Assembly: GCA_020137815.1 (NCBI GenBank)
Contig: CM035352.1
Location: 6,200,001 to 6,264,000 of the forward strand
Reading direction: 5' to 3'
Length of the DNA stretch: 64,000 nucleotides
Origin: Hormiphora californensis
Lineage: Eukaryota > Animalia > Ctenophora
Made by a program: the position numbers and the translations under genes. The notes under the pieces are model-generated. The model saw only the letters and a program-made list of their open reading frames with translations. It was not told the DNA's origin and made no database searches. Below are positions 57,201 through 64,000 of the stretch, one piece after another. How positions within the stretch are numbered: position 1 is the first letter of the stretch; each line of letters opens with the position of its first letter.

Positions 57201-59091
57201 CACACATACCTGAGTGCAGTTAACTAGACCCCCACACATACCTGAGTGCAGTTAACTAGAGCCCGGGCAAGATCAGACTTGGCCGCGTACCGCATTACTG
57301 GATATTTCCGGAGGGACAGCATTGCAGCAATAAGGGAATCAGCCGTCCTTTTTAGTAGGGACCTCTCCCATGATCCCGGGCCTAGGAAGAAAAATAAGGA
57401 TATAAAATATACATGAAAAACGGTGAAGAAAGATGAGGGGGAGAACCCAGTATCCCAGGTTCCTAAGACGTCTCTAACAAACAAACAGTGTCACGGTCAT
57501 ATGATTCTACCTTAAAGGCTTTCTAGCTTGCTTATTACCTGACGTTATTTTAGGAAGATTCAGGGTGAAAGCATGATCCAGTAAAGGAATGAAATCTGCG
57601 TAAAATTCCTGAATCTCTTTAACCACTTCATGTTCATCGGCACCTGATATGCAGTGGGTTTCAAGCCTTGCTATATTGTTTGTAGGAGGGTTGAGCAAGG
57701 GAGTCAAACAACTGTTATAATACTTAGGGACAGCTCACAGCTGATACCAAGGTAACCAGAGTTCAAACCACCCACATAACTAACCGGCAAGTTTGAGGAT
57801 GTCCGGTTTGGGGATGATATTTGAGAAGTAGATGTAGTATGAACCATAGCGGGGGTTTCGTAATTCTCCACACAACAGTGCTATATTATCCTGTGTTGGC
57901 CGGAGGAACACAATGCACCTGGTGATAGTACAATATATGTGGATATATTCAGAGGTCGAGGAGAGAGAGCAAAAGAGAGATTGTTACATTAACTATTGAG
58001 AACAAGAGAGATTGTTACATTAACTATGGAGAACAAGAGAGATTGTTACATTAACTGTGGAGAACAAGAGAGATTGTTACATTAACTATGGAGAACATAA
58101 GAAAAGTTGCGAGAGTTAAGGAGCTGCTCCGCTAACCAATAAACAATGTTTTTCCATGGAAAAATAACCTGGTTACCATGGTTACCATGGTTACCTCAAT
58201 ACCTAATGTGTATCCTATGGTTACCTCATGTGTTTCCCATGGTTACCTCATGTGTATCCCATGGTTACCTCATGTGTATCCCATGGTTACCTCATGTGTA
58301 TCCCATGGTTACCTCATGTGTATCCCATGGTTACCTCATGTGTATCCCATGTTTACCTCATGTGTATCCCATGGTTACCTCATGTGTATCCCATGGTTAC
58401 CTCATGTGTATCCCATGGTTACCTCATGTGTATCCCATGGTTACCTCATGTGTAACCCATGGTTACCTCATGTGTTTCATTGTTTCCCGGGTGTTGTTGT
58501 CGATCCTCTCAAACAGATATACCTCCTTCTTCAGAAGTTCAGACTGAGCAAAAGTCACACTCACCAGCGGTAGAGTCTCCTTTCCTGGTGGGCAATGATT
58601 TATTAGAAACAATGTTTTAAATGGTAAAGTTAACCCCAAACTAAAAAGACCCTCACTTGGGGTTTGGGAAAGTTCTGGGACTTGCCACCTATTCAATTTG
58701 ATATTAATAAAAAAGCCAAGACTACCTACAAACTTTACAGGCATATTCAAATTAGTATGCTACAATAACAAACAAAGTCTTGCTACAATTGTTGATTTAG
58801 TAATGTTATAACGACAATATGGTAGTCAGCCTGGCAGTTCCACTTTCAGCACAGTGTGCTGTGTGATCATCGCACTACACAAATATTCCTCAAACTGAGA
58901 GTGGACAGAAACAGAATTGGACAAGCTTTTCGTAGAATATTCTCTACTACCTAAAACAATTTTGTCCAATTATGTTTCTATCCACTCTCACTTTAAATCT
59001 CTCCCTTACCTAAGAGGAATATCTTCATTCCCTTTCCAGCGTTCTCCACCATTTGGTTGATGTAGAGTTTCACGGCCTTTAGAACACTCAT
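54242..59091 (-). CDS. VPS45: Vacuolar protein sorting 45 (Sec1/Munc18 family), multi-exon
   Basis: [116 protein letters not shown]. Confidence 0.95.
58186..58475. repeat. 22-bp minisatellite containing the VPS45 exon end and donor
   Basis: CCATGGTTACCTCATGTGTATC x ~12. Confidence 0.92.
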
Positions 59092-59425
59092 CCTGCCACT
59101 AATGTCATACAGAAGCTATATTAGTGGTTGTTTGAGGTTTTAGAATCAGATCTGGGGGGGGGGGGTGTTTGAAGACCATTTGAAGATTACTTTAGGGGCT
59201 GTTTGTCTTGCTCGACCTTCCCTCACAAAATATATTGTAAAGGAGGGTCAGAACATTATATGGGGTCAAGTGAGGTACTGCCGGGGTATCTTGAAGTAAG
59301 AAACATTTTAGACGGGTACAAAAATGATAGTTATAAGCAACTAACTGGATGAAGATTGATATCATAAGTTAAAACATGTAATAATTAGGTTAAAAACTGG
59401 TGGCATGCTGCAGTACACGATGGTA

Positions 59426-61045
59426 TCACCAAAGTTCATTAGGATCCTCGCCTTCCTCACCAGCTCCCTCTCCATCATCTTCTGCATTCATCTCATCCAG
59501 ATACATGTTATCAAAAACGTAAGGCATGTCATCATCTCGCCCATGATAGTAACCCCCATCCATGTAATCACCATAACCATAATCATCAAAATCATTGAAA
59601 TCATCGTATTCATCGTAATCAACACCATAATCAATACCATCTTCATCGTCCGGGAAGAGGATTTCCATCTCACGGACAGTGATAAACGAGGGTACTTCAT
59701 CAGGCTTGGCGTTATTGATCTCCAAACAGTGAATCGTGAGGGCTGGTGACTCTCGTTTCAAGCTACCAAGTTCTTCTAAGAAGCTCCCACTCACTTCATA
59801 GCTGTTGATGATGTTGAGCGTTTCAAGGTGTTCAAGGGAAATTATAGCAGCAGCCACCTCACTGTCACAAATATCTGATGAAATAAGTGAGAGTTCGACC
59901 AAGGATGTACACTTAGTCAACCAGTCAAAGCTACAGTTAAACGACCCACCATCAGCCTTGAAAGTCCGGAGTTTTTGTAGTTGTGCGACTTCGTGGATTT
60001 TATTAGCACTTCGGCTACTGGAGGGGTGGGATACATCAAGATAGAGCAAGTTGGGACAGCACCTGACTATAGTGGAGATGTACTGGTCCACGGCGTACTG
60101 GATTTCCCCAATGTTTAGGTATTCCAAGTTGGGCATGGAGCCAAAGAGACGTTTCACCAAGTCCGTATCGGTGTGTGTCAACCACTCCACCTCCTTTCGA
60201 ATGGTCAGCTTCTTCAGGGCAGCCAATAATGGAAGAGTTTTTTGGGCGATTTTACTGATGGCGTAGGAGGATATCTCTAGTTGTTCTAAAGTATCACGGA
60301 ACGTGTGAAGTATGTGGACCAAGGTACGAGAAGCGAACCTTCGACAGAACTGAACCCTGAGGTGTCGAAGACTGTTCTTCCTCAAATTATTAGCAATACA
60401 CTTCCCAGTAATACCTGGAATGTACGCCAGCTGTAAATCCTCTAACAAGGGAACATTTGACAACATTTTTTTGAGACATTTCTCATTTAGCCCCGTACTG
60501 GAATCTAAAATCAGAGTTTTCAGCTTGGGTGGAGAATTGACGGAGAATGAAGTAGCGAACCTTTTGGAGAACTTAACCCGAGATAGGTTGAGGACAGTTA
60601 GTTGACTGCACAATCCTAGGACAGTAAAGATCTCTAAACTAACGAGTGAAGTTGAGAGATCAACATGACGGAGAGAGGTTTGAGCACACTGGACCACCTG
60701 AGCTATGTTATCTGGAGTGCACGGTTTGGCAAGTTTGAATATGCTGAAATTTGAACATGTATCCAGGTATCTGAGGGTTGAGAGAGAAGCTCTGGAAATG
60801 TTATACCATCTCCTACTGACCATTCCACATTTCATTTGATCACTGGGGTCCATTAATTGGAATATGTGTAGTAGCATGTCATCTGGTATCCGGTGAATGG
60901 AGGGCTCTCCAGGTACCTCGGATTCAGTGGACCACTCTTCAAAAAGTGGGTGATAGTGGTGGACTAGGTGGTGGGGAGGAAGGAGGTCATCCTCTGAGAG
61001 ATCGGAGTCTGATATCTGGTTATCTGGGACAGTATCCGTCATCAT
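59426..61045 (-). CDS. F-box/LRR protein with acidic Tyr-rich tail, intronless
   Basis: IHRIPDDMLLHIFQLM..CGMVSRRWYNI (F-box) followed by LxxLxL repeats. Confidence 0.88.
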   Translation of the reverse strand: MMTDTVPDNQISDSDLSEDDLLPPHHLVHHYHPLFEEWSTESEVPGEPSIHRIPDDMLLHIFQLMDPSDQMKCGMVSRRWYNISRASLSTLRYLDTCSNFSIFKLAKPCTPDNIAQVVQCAQTSLRHVDLSTSLVSLEIFTVLGLCSQLTVLNLSRVKFSKRFATSFSVNSPPKLKTLILDSSTGLNEKCLKKMLSNVPLLEDLQLAYIPGITGKCIANNLRKNSLRHLRVQFCRRFASRTLVHILHTFRDTLEQLEISSYAISKIAQKTLPLLAALKKLTIRKEVEWLTHTDTDLVKRLFGSMPNLEYLNIGEIQYAVDQYISTIVRCCPNLLYLDVSHPSSSRSANKIHEVAQLQKLRTFKADGGSFNCSFDWLTKCTSLVELSLISSDICDSEVAAAIISLEHLETLNIINSYEVSGSFLEELGSLKRESPALTIHCLEINNAKPDEVPSFITVREMEILFPDDEDGIDYGVDYDEYDDFNDFDDYGYGDYMDGGYYHGRDDDMPYVFDNMYLDEMNAEDDGEGAGEEGEDPNELW

Positions 61046-61915
61046 AGTCTAGAAAGGGAACAAGGGAAGAGTTTTAGGGGGGGGATCAAATAGTGTTTTA
61101 CATTGTACCAGAGGTGATACACGATTGAAAATGGGAAACGGTTGAGGTCAATAGTAAAAGTGGTGTGGCACTCTCGCATAAACAAGGATTACATTTGACT
61201 ACAATACAACTATCATATACACACGATGAACTGCACTACTTAAAAATAAACTATATAACAAGAATCATTGCATTATGTATTCATAATGCTGTGTTTCCCT
61301 GCCCTCCCGTTTCACGTGTCACTGTCAACAGGATCAAGGCTTGGTCAAAATGTAATGTGAGATGCATACGATCTAGCTGTCAGTATACTTCTCACATAGC
61401 TTAGTTTACTCACATGAGACTTGCTAACCAGCTTTTGACATTCCAACTTAACTACTTATCTAACCTCTCACACTCGACTCGCAAGATGACAATGTGTATG
61501 TAACACGCGAAACACGCGGCAGCGCTATTCATGTTTTGTTGAGTGGCGCGCGCATACACGTCCTCCAAACTGCCTCATTGTATTTTTTGATAAAGGAGCA
61601 GCTTGTTGTTGTGTGCGCGGCTCAGTTGCTACGCTGAGTACACTGGGTGGTACCGGGTTGCCCCTCGCAACGAAAGTGTGACCAAAATGGTCCCTCTACC
61701 GATTAGTTAGTATACCAAAAATTCGTTTTCGAATTCTAACCCTGCTATGCCTTTTTACAAGGTAAAAAGGCATCCGGGTGGATGCCTTCGGCATCCACCC
61801 GGGCAGGGAAAAAATTCATGAGGGGGTAAGAGCTCCGGGAGGTAATGAGTAAATATATCTTGCCAGTACAACAGCCCTATACCAAGCCGGAGAATAGCTA
61901 AATTGAGCTTGCTCA

Positions 61916-61951
<36 letters not shown>

Positions 61952-62006
61952 TTACTTACTATATAAAAATTAAAACTTGGAATTTCCAGCATCCGGTAAT
62001 CTTGTT

Positions 62007-63605
62007 TCAAATTATTTCAACGCCCCTCCACTTAAACTTGTTAATGGTGTCCTTTGTAGCTCGCTTTACTGGCCGTCCGAAACGTTCTTTGTACTGACTT
62101 TGTAAGCGAGAATGCTTTATAATATCTAAAATGCTTGATGTTCCACATGATGTATTCATAAACCAACGCTTGAAAGACCCCCTGGTGTGACAAAGCCATT
62201 CGTCTTCGTCTACAAACAATCCTCCCATTTCCATTTTGACAAAGGTTGGCAATTTCAAATAACTTTTCAGTTCAGAATTTGTGTATAAATGAGAACACCA
62301 TATAGTTAGTATTGCGGATTCCCGCTGAATTTCGGCAATATCTGCCAGGAATTCCCCGTTGACTTCATAGCATTCTGTCAGGTCAAGGAACTGCAAGTTT
62401 TCCATAGCAAAAATTGCTTGAGAGACGGTGGCATCATCGATTCGAGATCCTCTAATTGACAAATTAGTCAGGGAGGTACATTGGATTAACCATGACAGAT
62501 TGGAACGGGAAACTTTTATCTCATTTGCTTTCAGAATTTTAAGACTTTGAAGTTGGGATATCAGGTGGAGGTTCCTCCATTGACAACGATTAAGAGGGGA
62601 AATATCTAGAGAAGTAAGACGCGGACAGTATTTCACAATTGTAGGCACATAGTCGTCCACGCGTGTTTGGATATCCTCAAATTTCAAGATCTCTATACTT
62701 GGTAAAGACCGGAGAATCGCTTTCACAAACTTCGGATCGCACTCGACGTTACAATCAACATCGTCATTAAATCTCCGAACAGAGAGTTCCTTTAGTTTAG
62801 TCATCACAGGAACATCAGGAGAGGAAATCGAGCACAAAGAACGTGCAGAAATCTCAAGCTTGACCAAAGTCCTGGAAAAGGTGTTCAAAACTCGACACAG
62901 ACCGATCGATCTAAATTTATCACAAAACTGTATCCTCAGATGCTTGATTTCGTTATCCTTCAAATTCCTTACAATCCCCTCTCCCGTTATTAGCGGCATT
63001 AATACCACCTCTAGGTTTTGCAAGTGAGGTACATTCGAGAGCATTTTTCGGAGACACTTCTCGTTGATTCCCTCGCAACCTTCCAAAATTAATGTTTCCA
63101 AATAAGGTGGCGAGTTTTCAGCAAAGCAATTCACCCAACGTTTGCAGAACTTTACATGTGATAAGTTGAGGACTGTTAGGTTGGTACACTGTCCAATACT
63201 GAAAAACACATCAGGATTAAGAATATCATAGGAAAGATCAGCATCACGAAGACCATTTTTAGCGTAGTAAACCAGCCTAGCAATCGTCTCGGGTTGAACA
63301 AGGTTAGGCATGCTGAGACTCCGTGACCGTGAGAAAGATTGTCGTGAGATGTTGTACCACCTCTTGCACACCAGGCCAAGTTTGAGTCGCTCATTATAGT
63401 GATAACGATTAAAAAAGCTGAATATGTGTAGTAGCATGTCATCTGGTATCCGGTGAATGGAGGGCTCTCCAGGTACCTCAGGTTCAGTGGACCACTCTTC
63501 AAAAAGTGGGTGATAGTGGTGGACTAGGTGGTGGGGAGGAAGGAGGTCATCCTCTGAGAGATCGGAGTCTGATATCTGATTATCTGGGACAGTATCCGTC
63601 ATCAT
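62007..63605 (-). CDS. F-box/LRR protein, tandem paralogue
   Basis: Same N-terminus, F-box (LGLVCKRWYNIS) and LRRs. Confidence 0.88.
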   Translation of the reverse strand: MMTDTVPDNQISDSDLSEDDLLPPHHLVHHYHPLFEEWSTEPEVPGEPSIHRIPDDMLLHIFSFFNRYHYNERLKLGLVCKRWYNISRQSFSRSRSLSMPNLVQPETIARLVYYAKNGLRDADLSYDILNPDVFFSIGQCTNLTVLNLSHVKFCKRWVNCFAENSPPYLETLILEGCEGINEKCLRKMLSNVPHLQNLEVVLMPLITGEGIVRNLKDNEIKHLRIQFCDKFRSIGLCRVLNTFSRTLVKLEISARSLCSISSPDVPVMTKLKELSVRRFNDDVDCNVECDPKFVKAILRSLPSIEILKFEDIQTRVDDYVPTIVKYCPRLTSLDISPLNRCQWRNLHLISQLQSLKILKANEIKVSRSNLSWLIQCTSLTNLSIRGSRIDDATVSQAIFAMENLQFLDLTECYEVNGEFLADIAEIQRESAILTIWCSHLYTNSELKSYLKLPTFVKMEMGGLFVDEDEWLCHTRGSFKRWFMNTSCGTSSILDIIKHSRLQSQYKERFGRPVKRATKDTINKFKWRGVEII

Positions 63606-64000
63606 AGTCTAGAAAGGGGGCAAGGGTGGAGTTTTATGGGGGATAAGGATAGAAAGGGGGCAATGGAGGAGTTTTAGGGGTGGGGGGGAACAAATCAAGT
63701 TTTTATAAGGTGTTTATGTAAGATATTTATTGTAAGATGGCAGTCAGGGCGTTTAAAATAACTCTCAAAAAGTTTAAACAGGGTTTTGTACGAACATATA
63801 TATAGTGATCCCATTTCTCCATAATAATAATGTCAAACATTCAACATGCTGCCTCAGTTTCTCATTAACACAACCAATTTGATAGTAAAACAATGACTCT
63901 CATCAAATGACAGCTAAAGTGACAATATTTCTCTTATCGCACATCGACGTTACCATTGTCCACTGATTCAGTACGGGATCAAAGCACTCCACTACCTCCA

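Noticed and set aside
58146-58573. Repetitive ORFs ([22 protein letters not shown])
   Set aside because: Translation of the 22-bp intronic minisatellite, antisense to VPS45.

Overview
Compact, intron-rich animal genomic DNA with many (GA)n tracts, probably a ctenophore. That assignment rests on my recollection of the 109-bp CAGGAACCGACCG repeat from Pleurobrachia gene models and is not verified. Host genes: an AADAT/KAT-II-like aminotransferase (-), a secreted ShKT/Sushi/thyroglobulin-1 locus with a Tyr/Asp/Gly-rich exon (+, one or two genes), a MARCH RING-CH ligase (-), KIFBP (-), ALKBH7 (-), OLA1 (+), VPS45 (-) and two F-box/LRR paralogues (-). Mobile DNA: an L2/CR1-group LINE with an open ORF2, R4-like and CRE-like fragments, several MITEs (including 65-76 bp micro-elements with 8-bp TSDs) and a foldback-like element. 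The most unusual signal is non-coding, strand-specific secondary structure on the + strand. (i) A ~1.6-kb intronic insertion contains a 51-bp hairpin whose 22 non-Watson-Crick pairs are all G-U. (ii) A ~6.5-kb region without a credible ORF is built of serial G-U-rich hairpins, including a ~30-copy 158-nt hairpin array. (iii) A covarying pseudoknotted motif occurs at both loci. All exon boundaries and folds were read by eye.
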